DNA of 64,000 nucleotides. Origin: Obrimoposthia wandeli. Taxonomy: Eukaryota. This document shows, one piece after another, positions 36,831 through 47,727 of this stretch. Where the stretch lies: the NCBI GenBank assembly GCA_977020255.1, contig CDROCS010000991.1, positions 310,001 through 374,000 of the forward strand, in the 5' to 3' direction. The notes under the pieces are model-generated. The model saw only the letters and a program-made list of their open reading frames with translations, had not been told where the DNA came from and did not search any database. How positions within the stretch are numbered: the first letter of the stretch is position 1; each line of letters opens with the position of its first letter. Made by a program: the position numbers and the translations under genes.

Positions 36831-37064
36831 AGGGCTTGTGCCAACTGTTCTGCATTCATTCCTCCTCCATTATTTCCTGGGTTATTATCTGGTTGAGCTC
36901 CTGCTTGAGCCATATTTCCAGCTATATTCTCAGTTATTTCTTCAATATTATTCAATTGAACTTCCTCAACCGCTACTGGATTGGCAATTTCAATTTCTTC
37001 TGGGTTTTGAACTTCAATAATTTCAATTTCTTTTTGGTTTATTTCACCAAACAATTCAGTCAGA

Positions 37065-37775
37065 TCAAAACTGTCGGTTGAAACTGCTGATTGATTTACG
37101 TCTCTTTCTGATACGTTTTCTTCGATTCTTTTCCATCTGAGCATCAATTTCATCATTACTAATATGATATTCCACAATACATCCGTTCTTGATTCCCATA
37201 CTAGATGCTTTACAATCTCGAGTATGAAAGATTCTTTCGGGCATAGTATCAATAAACTCAAGTCGGGGTACTGCTTTCTGACAGAAACAACATCGATAAG
37301 AATCATTCCAAATATATACATGATTGAAAATCGATAATGTAGGTATTTCAATATCATTAGAATAATTATTGCGTACAATAACTACTTTATCCATTGGAGT
37401 TGAATCAAAATCAATTTGCTTGGTTCTGGAAACAATTATTGGTACGTTTGAAACACTCATTTTCAAAACAAACGGGCATCTTGGGAAAAATAACTGATGC
37501 CACTTCATTGGTTTCAGATAGTACTCCCATTCCGATATTGCTCCCAGACAGTAAATACACTTTACATTATCTTTCGAATCATCGTGCTTGTAAAATCCTG
37601 CTTTTGCTAAAGCTTTCTTATCCGCTAAACCAGTAAACTTTGCTTGTAATGTATCTAATCTATGTCGCTCATATATCATATCTTCCTTTCTTCTTGAAAT
37701 CTTGTCAAAACGTCGTCGTCTAATGGGGAGTTCTCCATTTTCTGAAACATAATATGCAATACATTTAGTAGTCAT
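37065..37775 (-). CDS. N-terminal BIR-domain protein (frameshifts into Gag near 37140)
   Basis: ERHRLDTL...ALAKAGFY...VKCIYC-x16-H-x6-CPF canonical BIR (37467-37673), followed by CCFC-x18-H-x3-C (37212-37292). Confidence 0.9.
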   Translation of the reverse strand: MTTKCIAYYVSENGELPIRRRRFDKISRRKEDMIYERHRLDTLQAKFTGLADKKALAKAGFYKHDDSKDNVKCIYCLGAISEWEYYLKPMKWHQLFFPRCPFVLKMSVSNVPIIVSRTKQIDFDSTPMDKVVIVRNNYSNDIEIPTLSIFNHVYIWNDSYRCCFCQKAVPRLEFIDTMPERIFHTRDCKASSMGIKNGCIVEYHISNDEIDAQMEKNRRKRIRKRRKSISSFNRQF

Positions 37776-37779
37776 AACA

Positions 37780-37900
37780 AAATTGAATGATGAAATTGTC
37801 TAGCTTATATAGTAAGTGAAAATCTATTTTTAGTAACATTCTTAGTATTTACAAGAATAGTCATGTGATGTCTTTGTCTTAAGAATAAAGCAGTATAAAC
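37780..37900. promoter_or_regulatory. Candidate divergent core promoter
   Basis: Minus strand TATATAAG at about 37803-37810 with TCATT Inr-like motif before the ATG at 37775; plus strand TATAAA at about 37895 before the ATG at 37928. Confidence 0.45.
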
Positions 37901-37927
37901 AATATTTTGATAAGGATTTTATTGAAA

Positions 37928-38134
37928 ATGAATAATCAAAATAATCAAAATAATCAAAGTAGAGCTAGTACATATATAGGTTCTGGTAGTCATTTATATT
38001 CTAATATGAATTATAATAGAAATAATCAGAGAGAAAATATTAATCCATCAAGTCAAACAATAACAAGTCCTACACGCGTAACCGAAGAACGTAAGCCCTT
38101 TAAGGATATGACTAATACTAAACGATTTTCATAA
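37928..38134 (+). CDS. Small Asn/Gln-rich hypothetical protein
   Basis: ATG in AAAATGA context after a TATA-like motif; low complexity; no known motif. Confidence 0.35.
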   Translation: MNNQNNQNNQSRASTYIGSGSHLYSNMNYNRNNQRENINPSSQTITSPTRVTEERKPFKDMTNTKRFS

Positions 38135-38247
38135 ACAAGAATGGTAACCAATTGAAAGTAATCGATTTTCATAAACAAGAATATCGACCAATTAGAATTG
38201 AGCTTTAGAGGATAAACAATTGGATATTTCAATTTATAATTGCCAAT

Positions 38248-38637
38248 ATGAATTTTGAAAAGCTATATCAACCTATGCTTACATATTATGTATATGAGAT
38301 GCACTTTTTGAAGAAAGCTCATAACTATAATTTTATTTTTCCCGTCAACATCGAACCGCTTAAATTTTATTTTGAAATATCAAATTTGACTTCTGTGGAT
38401 AAAGAGAGAATCAATATTCTCTTGACTCAATTCGGAATCAACTATGTGCTTCAGGAAAACAAATTCATAATCAAAAGATCAACAGCCACTTTCAAGCATG
38501 AGAATGGAACAATATACGAAGGACCTCCTCCTAAACTAGAATGGATTATCTCAATCAGAATTCAAGGATGCAAGATCGGACCCAGTGGATTGGAAACTCC
38601 GATATGGAAAATAATTGATGCTGTTAGAGTTGACTAA
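38248..38637 (+). CDS. 129-aa hypothetical protein, possibly OB-fold ssDNA-binding protein of DNA-virus type
   Basis: Clean ORF in AT-rich DNA; C-terminal ATF..ENG...WIISIRIQG...PIWKII resembles viral SSB beta-strand pattern (inference). Confidence 0.5.
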   Translation: MNFEKLYQPMLTYYVYEMHFLKKAHNYNFIFPVNIEPLKFYFEISNLTSVDKERINILLTQFGINYVLQENKFIIKRSTATFKHENGTIYEGPPPKLEWIISIRIQGCKIGPSGLETPIWKIIDAVRVD

Positions 38638-38713
38638 TAAATTTTTGTGTCTTTATTTGTATTATTTTATTTTATATATAAACAATAGTGATACTTTAAT
38701 AATAATATTTATT

Positions 38714-38995
38714 ATGAAAATGACTAAAAAACTTACTAAATCATTAAAGTCGAAAAAGACTAAGGTTAAAAAGACTATGAGTAAAAAGAAAATAATGGAG
38801 GGTTTGGGTATTCATATGATGGCAGCAAATCTTTTAGGTAGATGGTTTGGTGGAGTTGATAAAAAAGCTATAAAGCACAAAAAGAATGTGGATTATATTA
38901 GAGGTATACAAAATGGGAATGGATTGCAAAAAGGAGATGGTATACAAAAAGGGGATGATATGCTTGATATTTTTGTAAAATTAAACAAGTTGTAA
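38714..38995 (+). CDS. Small Lys-rich protein with amphipathic helix and GxG motifs (Polinton/adintovirus core- or membrane-peptide-like)
   Basis: MKMTKKLTKSLKSKK...EGLGIHMMAANLLGRWFGG...GNGLQKGDGI. Confidence 0.45.
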   Translation: MKMTKKLTKSLKSKKTKVKKTMSKKKIMEGLGIHMMAANLLGRWFGGVDKKAIKHKKNVDYIRGIQNGNGLQKGDGIQKGDDMLDIFVKLNKL

Positions 38996-39544
38996 AAGCA
39001 TGTGAAAGGTATCCTGGTGCCTATCTTGGTAAAAAACTAAACTTTTTAGCAAAACCTCCAAAGAGTTTGTAATTTCATAAAGTTGTAATATAGATGCAGT
39101 ACATGACTGTCTTTGTAGGTATTCATGACTGTCTTTGTTAGACACACACGTGACTGTCCTTGCATGTATTGATTCCTGTCTTTGTTAGGCACTCACACAC
39201 ACGTGACTGTCTTTGTTAAACACTCACACACATATATACATGTATAAGAATAAATGTAGTACGTGACTTCTTACTATTGATTACACGAGGATGCAAGTAT
39301 TTGCAAGATAGATGCAGTACATGACTGTCTTTGTTAGATAGATACAGGAACGTTTAAACATGATTATCAAATTATATAATACTTTATTTTATAAGTAGAT
39401 AGTTTAATTTAATTTAGTTTAAACATATTTATCAAATTATATAATACTCAATTTTATAAGTAGATAATTTAATTTAAATAAATTACATAAGCTTGAACAC
39501 ACACACACGAGATGTCTTTTGGTGAAGACTGCGTGTTAATACCA

Positions 39545-39851
39545 CCTTTAGATAAAAAGATATATAGATTTAAAGTATGTTACTAAAAATAGAATATGAG
39601 TCATCGATAAGTCATCGATGAGTCATCTTTCTGACCTCACCGTGACCTTTAGATAAAAAGATATATAGATTTAAAGTATGTTACTAAAAATAGAATATGA
39701 GTCATCGATAAGTCATCGATGAGTCATCTTTCTGACCTCACCGTGACCTTTAGATAAAAAGATATATAGATTTAAAGTATGTTACTAAAAATAGAATATG
39801 AGTCATCGATAAGTCATCGATGAGTCATCTTTCTGACCTCACCGTGACCTT
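39545..39851. repeat. 101-bp tandem repeat, 3 identical-looking copies
   Basis: CCTTTAGATAAAAAG starts at 39545, 39646, 39747. Confidence 0.95.
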
Positions 39852-39992
39852 AAAGTACATTGTCCTCATGACGTCATGACCTTAACTTGACCTTAAATGA
39901 CCTTGACCTCCTGAGGTCATGGCCTTGACTTGTCCCCATGAGGTCATGTCCTCATCGTGACCTTCAGCTGTGCTCAAGGGGGGGGTATGCTC

Positions 39993-40061
39993 AAAATGTC
40001 TTTGTCCTGAAAGAAACACATCTCCCTACTGTATGTGTGTCTTTCAGGACAAAGACATTTT
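39993..40061. repeat. Perfect 22-bp inverted repeat (hairpin) between G-runs
   Basis: AAAATGTCTTTGTCCTGAAAGA (39993-40014) / TCTTTCAGGACAAAGACATTTT (40040-40061). Confidence 0.95.
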
Positions 40062-40499
40062 GTCCTGAGCATAGGGGGGGTCATGACCTCATGAGGTTAT
40101 GACCTACATCTTGTCCTCACCGTGACCTTAACTTGACCTATATTTTTTGTCCTCAACTGGACCTGAGCTTGTCCTCAGGGGGGCTTTGTTCCAGAAGTGC
40201 CACATCTACCTACTTGCGTAGGGCAAATTGCCCGCTAAATTGGAGATAACAATAACACAAATTACTGTCTCTATCGATTTTTCTTTCCTGATGATTGCTC
40301 ATTTCAAACGCACTACTCACACCTAGTATTTACGTGTGTGCCTGAATATATGTTCATAAAATCCCTGTATACATGAATATATCTAGTGTTTGTACAATCT
40401 GACTCTTTTGAATTATGTCTATGATGGAAAATATAAACAGGCTAACTCGTCGAAATAAACGTATTTACGAAAAATCAAGCAAAAAAGAATATTCTGGAG

Positions 40500-41100
40500 T
40501 ATATGCCAAAATAAACTAGAATAATGTTACAGTATAACATAAAAAGATATGATGGAACGAGTTCAAAGGAAAGTGAAAATAGTTAAAAGATATAGGGGAG
40601 TGGGTCGACGCAAATGATAATTATATCAGAGATGCATTTGATTTGATGTTGTCCGATAAAGCTGCATAAATATGGAAGAAATCCGTTGCTGATAAACTAT
40701 ACAAACTTGCAAAGGTGAAGCAATTAGAAGGGAATGCTTCTCAGCGTTCAGCCTTAGAGTTAGAAAATGCGTTGATGCCGTGATTGAAAACAATGTTCGA
40801 AAATATGAGCTGACTGACGTTTTTATTAAAGATAGGGTAAGAAACGAAAACCTGAAAGAACAGTTTTTATTAAAACCACAGATGCCAAAAGAAGAAGTAG
40901 AGGCATTGGCAAAGTTTCACAGCAAAACTGAAAAAATAACTGAGATGGCACATATCCAGAATACAATGTGAAAAAACAATCAGTGCCAGTACCAGTACAT
41001 CACGAAGACAGAAGATATGTTAATTTAGAAAAAAGCACAAATAGAGATACACAAAACCAAAAAATGGGAGACCAATGCCGAGGTTTTCCTTAAAACAAAT
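40500..41100 (+). mobile_element. Degraded retrotransposon fragments (LINE 3' RT-like and gag-like)
   Basis: MMERVQRK (LINE-like) and DVFIKDRVRNENLKEQFLLKP (gag-like); broken frames. Confidence 0.35.
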
Positions 41101-41557
41101 AGCTAAATGGAAATATAACTTAACTAAAGGATTACATGTCACAAACAGTAAAGAACTCCAACCAGAAGCATGTTTTGTTATTGTAAAAAACGATTTTATT
41201 CATTATATTTCTGCATTTTTCAATAACTCTAGTCTTCGTCGTACTAGCATTTAAGACTTTGCTTTAATACTAATTATTTTATTTTCCGATAAAAAAACAT
41301 ATTGTAGCGACCTCACCACAACTGTATTATACTTCATCTATATTACTTCTCTTACATCGTAATTTAATGCTACATTTAATCATTTTATTGCTGCTTCTAA
41401 TTCTATTAGAGTGATAAGTCTACAATCAGTAGATTTCCTCAACCAAGATGCATCTTCAACATAAACTCTCCCGATATCAATTCGAACTCATAATGCTATG
41501 GAACTTGCGTCATGCCATACAGTACATTTTTTATATATTTTAATGTATCTAAAACGA

Positions 41558-41697
41558 TCAAATTGAATCCAATATCGGAGAAATGTCAAATTGTATCAAA
41601 TATCGGAGAAAAGTCAAATTGTATTAAATATCGGAGAAACGTCAAATTGTATCAAATATCGGAGAAACGTTAAATTGTATCAAATATCGAAGAATAG
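41558..41697. repeat. 28-bp tandem repeat (TCAAATTGTATCAAATATCGGAGAAACG), 5 copies
   Basis: Directly visible. Confidence 0.9.
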
Positions 41698-43439
41698 TAA
41701 TTGAAAACAAAACAAGTAAAACTAATTCTTTTCTTCAATTTTAATTTTACGGATTTTAGTTTTTTAACTTTCATCACAAATTTCACAAGTTTTTATAGCC
41801 AATCCATCACATTTCAAATTTACTCATCTTGTGTCCAATACAGGAAGAGTATGTGCACTGTTCACGCGAGTTGACCGCAAGCCATCACTGAAAGTGCATC
41901 CAGAAAGAGGCAGCGGAAAGAGAGCAGCACATGCACACTAAACGAAAAGTGCACACATCTACAAAAATCAATATAGGTGTCCAATCCCACACCCACAGTA
42001 TTGATCCATGTCGTTGATGGAGACGTCAAGAGGAGGGAAGGAGTGGCATAGTGGCAGTAATCGGTGCAAAGCGTGCACACACACAGTCAGTGTTTCTGTC
42101 GGGAGAGTGCAGCAGAGGGAGATTGAGAAAATGCAGTGAGATCAGACACAGAGATGTACTGACGATGGATATGGTGGAATGGGAGGAAGGTGAGAGAGGA
42201 TGTCGAGTAGGCAAAGAATCTGGTGGCAGGCAGATACTGCATCCGCGGATTGATGTTGTTGTCGGCTTGGAATCCACTCGAGTCAAAAGGAACCGCCGAC
42301 AACAGTGCTTAGCAGAAAAAAACGTCGCTTTAAAAATCGCCCCATTTTTTATGCCGCCTTCCTGACGAGCCTGGCAAGGCGAAACGGGACGTCCACCACA
42401 TCGGAGGCTGACAAGGAATACCTCCCTGACTGTGGGCACCTCATTTAATGTCAATTTTAATTGACTAAATATTTATTAATTTTAAATCCCAATACATTTA
42501 TCAATTTCATTACAATTCCACAAACCTATAGCAGGATCGTCTATGTTCACTCGTTTCACCATCAATTCTAGTTTTTTTTAAACATTTTCTTCAATATAAT
42601 ATGATTTCCACTCGTTTCTCTTTTTAACATTCCACAACCTACTCGTAACCAACTAGTTATATGATAAATATCAACCAATTGACTATATAAAAACATCTGG
42701 ATTCGTAAAAATCTTGAATTCATCTATACGTAAAGCATTACCTCGCTCCTATTGTAGTTTTTCAATAACGTTGAATACTGTCATACTTAGAACTTGAACT
42801 GACTTCGTACCTGACTTTTTTGAATTTTAGATACTAAAACATACATCATCAAATGATTCTTAACGTTGTCAACACATAATTTAATCACATGCGAAAATGT
42901 CGTCTATATGTACAGTAGTACAAATTTTTATATCAGGTTGTAGAGACAACACATTTTTTGACAATGGCCGTCATCATAGATGGAGCAATATTCAGTCCGA
43001 ATCGATTCTTCTTAATACACAACGATTACCTTTAAATTAAATAGTTCGCTACTGCCATAGTGGTTGATCAATTTCTATTTGCAAATAAGTGTCTTTAAAC
43101 TCACGTATGGCTCTTTTATTACTTCGCTGGTGCCATTTTCCTTATTTATCGCATCATTTAGCACCATTACCACTATATACGTCAATATATTGATTCATTT
43201 CACTGAAATTGAATACAGGCATACTTTTATCTTGTTTTCCTGAACGATAACAAATAGTGATAACAAGCCTTTAGCTGTGCCCATTTCCGGTACATCGTAT
43301 AACATCAAATATCCTTTGTTAATCCAATCATTGTCTTTACTATTGAATTCACCTTTAGTATTTTGATTAACTTTGTTGGAGACAAATTTGTTTAATAATT
43401 TTGAGATTATTTTTCGACCCATTTCCAATTGACGTTCCA

Positions 43440-46100
43440 TTCATTTTCAAGCAAAACGATCAACCGAGAATATTCTGTGGATACTATTAAATTAGCATTA
43501 AGTGAGGTATAAGAAGGAAGTTTTATGAAAAAACTGTAAATATGCATGAGATTCCCATATCTACACTGAGCCAGGTACCCAAAGACCACCTCGTTAAATA
43601 AGTTGGACACCCATGTGTATTCACGTTTTATGAAGAGAAATTAATAGTAAAAAACTTCCAAATAACTCTGGACTTGTAAAACATTACTTAAACAAAATTG
43701 GGGAAGTAATCCCTTATTTCAGCAATAACCTTCCTGAATCTGAGTAGTGTCAACTTGTCTAAAAGCGATATTGTTTGATATTAAGTGTTGCACAAAATGT
43801 GAAACATGTTAAGGCATATATTGACAGAACAGTTATTAACAAATATTTTGATGAACTGGAAGTGATTTTGGATGGCATCGCCCCTGAGAACGTCATCAAC
43901 TATGATGAGACTAATCTAACTAATGACCCAGGCTCCTAGAACGTGGTCACCAAGAAAGGAATCAAGTGAGTCACAAATCTTATTAACCATAGCAAAATTT
44001 CAATATCATTGATGATGGCAGGAAAAATCTTTTTCCAAATTTAATTTCTTATGAAGGTAAAGTAAGACTTATAAAATTTTATTTTCCTGCTATTCCTAGG
44101 GAAATTTTCCAAATAAATAAACTAATGAAAATTAAATTAGCTGTCCATCAAAAAATATTTTAAAATAAAAAATCTTCTTTCGAGACTTTTCAAATTAAAA
44201 ATAATAATTGAAGGAAGAGAAAAACTTGTAAAAAAATTAAACAAAAATACAATATAAAACAATCTTCTTCCTAGACCTATTCAAACAACTCCACAATTAA
44301 AATACAAATAATTATCCTACATTTGTACAGTCAAAATACTGCAACTATTTAGTTAAACAATTTGAGCAGAAACAATATTTTTTTAATAAACAGTGGAGAA
44401 AACTTCTGAATACAAAAATATATAATTTTACTAATTGCAATATATTAAAAATATAACTTTACAACTCAATCAAATAAGTAAAAAGAAAAAACTATTAAAT
44501 TAAAATTATTTATATGAAAGATAAATATTATAAAAAACAGAATAACTAAACAAAACAATTCCCCATCCATTCTTAAAATGGGTGGAAACTGAAAAAAAAA
44601 GAAAATCCGACAGAGATATCTCATAGAAAAAAATCATTTAGATTTTTTATTAAAACCTTCTTTTTTAGATTTTAAATTCTTAAATCGTTTAAAAAAGACA
44701 TCTTCAAACACTTCCTCACACCGTAAAACAAAAATTATATGATCGGTTTATTAATATGGCAGGCAAATATTAAAAAAATTTAAATGGAAAGAAATTTATC
44801 ATAGGAAATAAACTTTCTTTTCACTTATCTTTGAATATTGTGAAATACTGTGAGGAGAATGCCATAAAATTTGTCTTCCTGTCACCAAATGAAACATATA
44901 TGCTACAGCCATTGGCTGTCTGATTCTTTGAACCAATGCAAGCAGCTTGAGGGAAGAAACTCATGATATTGAAAGAACGAACAAAATGTAAATATTTATC
45001 AAAGATTTCTTCCAGAGCTTTTGGTTGAACTTTTGAAAACATTGAGAGTAAAGCAACAAAGTCTGGATTTAGAAACTATGGTTTATGTTCCTTGGACAGC
45101 TAAGCTGTACTTAGTCATACCACATCCACAGATGGCAGCAGGCGCGCAACATGCCCAATGCTTGACCAGCGAGGCTGTGAAGATAAATAACAATATGGGC
45201 CCAACTATGGGTTCATAATTGAAATGAGATCATTCTAAATAATTTAACAAGTATCAATTGGAGGGCAAGTCTGGTGCCAGCAGCCGCGGTAATTCTAGCT
45301 TCAATAGCGTATATTAAAGTTGTTGCGGTTAAAAAGCTCGTAGTTGAATTTGAAGAGTTGAGCCTTATTGAGATCATCGATCGAGGTTCGGTTCGTCCTT
45401 ATCAGACGTGTATACTTCCGATTCCCTCCTCCGGGTGTTTGGGGTAGCCGTCAAGTTTACTTTGAAAAAATTAGAGTGCTTAAAGCAGGCTTACGCCTGA
45501 ATATTGTTGCATGGAATAATGGAATAGGACTTTGGTTCTATTTTGTTGGTTTTCGGAACTAAAGTAATGATTAAAATAGACTGCCATTGGCTGTCTGATT
45601 TTTTGAACCAATGCAAGCAGCTAGACAGAAGAAACTCATGATATTAAAAGAACGAACAAAATGTAAATATTTATCAAAGATTTCTTCCAGAGCTGTTGGT
45701 TGAACTTTTGAAAACGTTGAGAGCAAAGCAACAAAGTCTGGATTTAGAAACTATGGTATATGTTCCTTGGACAGATAATCTGTACTCAGTCATTCCCAAG
45801 AAACTGTTCTTCAAAATGGAGAAGCCCTTAAAGAAGAGATAGATGATAGTTTAATTGAATCTCTTAATGCGTTTTGAAAGAAAATCATTATCAATAAAAT
45901 GAAGTCTTAGACAAGCAGAAGAAGAAATGGTTGAATGTAGCAGTAGCAATAAGTGAAGAATATGAGCAAGTACAGGCTGCCAAATGTTCAGATACAAAAT
46001 CAAGAAAGTCAAAAGATGAAATGAGCTTTCCAGGTCTATCTAAGTAGAAGGTCACTGAAGCATTGATAGAAAATTGTTCTTACGACGAATTAGGTTGTAT
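43440..46100 (+). mobile_element. Degraded pogo/Tigger-like (DDE_1) transposon
   Basis: YSVDTIKLALSEV (psq-HTH-like), DGIAPENVINYDETNLTNDPG, and a degenerate LPPNxTHxxQPLDV..F.PM motif near 44880; interrupted. Confidence 0.7.
45118..45586 (+). pseudogene. 18S rRNA fragment (approximately V3-V4), diverged
   Basis: GGCAGCAGGCGCGC, TTGGAGGGCAAGTCTGGTGCCAGCAGCCGCGGTAATT, TTAAAAAGCTCGTAGTTG, TTTACTTTGAAAAAATTAGAGTGCT; substitutions in universally conserved positions. Confidence 0.95.
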
Positions 46101-47727
46101 AGAACCTTATGAATCTTTGAGCAATACAACTACTTTCTGGAAAGGAGTGAATCAAGTGTCTGAATTTACAATTATTGAGGAGAAATTATTTGTATTGATT
46201 AAATATTAAATTAACAATGGAGGTCACAAAATGTACATGGGTGAAGTTGTTGCAACTCAATTCACGAGCAGCCTTAAGAATCAATAATATAGTGTCAAAT
46301 TTTTACATCAATACCGCAATATATTCGATGAATTTACCTCTTGTAAATTATATCCAGACAGTAAATTGGCAGCAGATAGTTAATTTGGTATTAGATATTC
46401 TTTATGTTTATACATCTTCTATTCTTCAAAGCTTAACTGTACATTGTTTACATTATAATTTGTATATTTCATACCATTTTCCATCTCTTAATTGTTTGTA
46501 GATTATTTAGGTTGTACTTAAAATATTATAAATGCTAACAGTGGGCTAAAATAAAAGTAGTCCATAATAACCCCATCGATAGGGATATTATGGACAGTGA
46601 ATTTAACAAACTTAATTAACTAGTAGAAGACAGAATTAAAAAAAGCACCACAGATGCACATCTGTGTTGAATAGGCAAACTTTACGGTACCTCAAGTTAC
46701 AATTTTAAAAAAATTATTTATAAGGTATCTAAAAAGAGTTGAATTTATAAAAAAATAAAAATCCAATAATAACAACTTTGTTTTAAAAAATATTTAAATA
46801 ATAAAACGTTTTAAAATATTATTGGAAATTACATTTTAATAATAGATTTATGGATTTTTAAAAATAAGTTCGTGTTACTTCGAAGTTTTAATCTTTGTTT
46901 TTAAATAATATTTAATTTTGTCAAAATTAAAAAAATTATAAAAATTGTTGAATATTCATTTTCTAAAGTAATTTACTTTTATTAAATTACAAATTTGTAT
47001 ATTTACAAGAGATTTATTTAGTCTATATAAACATCGTAATTGACATGTTGTATTGGACACACTTTTATAACAAACATTTGTACAAATTTAAAAAAATCAA
47101 AATTATGAGCATTTTGTGTAAATTCTCATTATTTTCTGTGTTAGATCAAATTTTATTGAATAATATTTACAAGTGAAAAAAATTGGTCACATTCTAATTT
47201 TAATCTGTTACTAATTGTATCTTAACTGCAAATTAGATTTTCTATAAATACATTTTGATACATATGAATTTTTCTATAATTTATTTGCGACACTGGTTAA
47301 GTGCTATAAAGATGTTTATAAATCGTACGTTTTTATGCAAAACGAAGCAAAAAGTTTATATTTTTTAAAATCAAATATTTCAGTTAAACGAAATGCAAAT
47401 TTTTACTTTATATTTTATTAAAATAAGTTAGTTTGTTAATTGTAACCAAACATTTGCTAAAAATAGGTTTGATTTATATCAGTTTTAACATTTTTATATA
47501 TTATTTGTTAGAAATAATTTTATATTTATAATTATGTAATTTTTGAATTTCGAATTTTTATTTTTACATTTTCAAACTTTAGTTAAGTAAATAATTTAAA
47601 ATAAACATTTTGTAAATATTACTTAACTTGTTTTGATACATTAATTTATAATCTTAAAGAATAGAGATGTATTTAAAACATTTATTTTACATTTTTACAA
47701 TTTACAGATAATTTAATTTTAAGTTAT

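Larger units (their letters stand above)
17524..40219 (-). mobile_element. Giant envelope-bearing Ty3/Gypsy (Metaviridae-like) retroelement with anti-apoptotic cargo; decayed copy, boundaries tentative
   Basis: Collinear Gag, env, PR, RT, RNase H and integrase motifs on the minus strand plus BIR/RING/DUSP cargo; PR-RT-RH-IN order is Ty3/Gypsy. Confidence 0.85.

Noticed and set aside
37900-40219. A complete Polinton/adintovirus
   Set aside because: No protein-primed DNA polymerase, capsid, packaging ATPase or cysteine protease found, and no second TIR in the window; only weak resemblance of two small ORFs.
45118-45586. A functional rDNA unit
   Set aside because: Only an internal piece of about 470 bp, mutated at conserved positions and embedded in a transposon.
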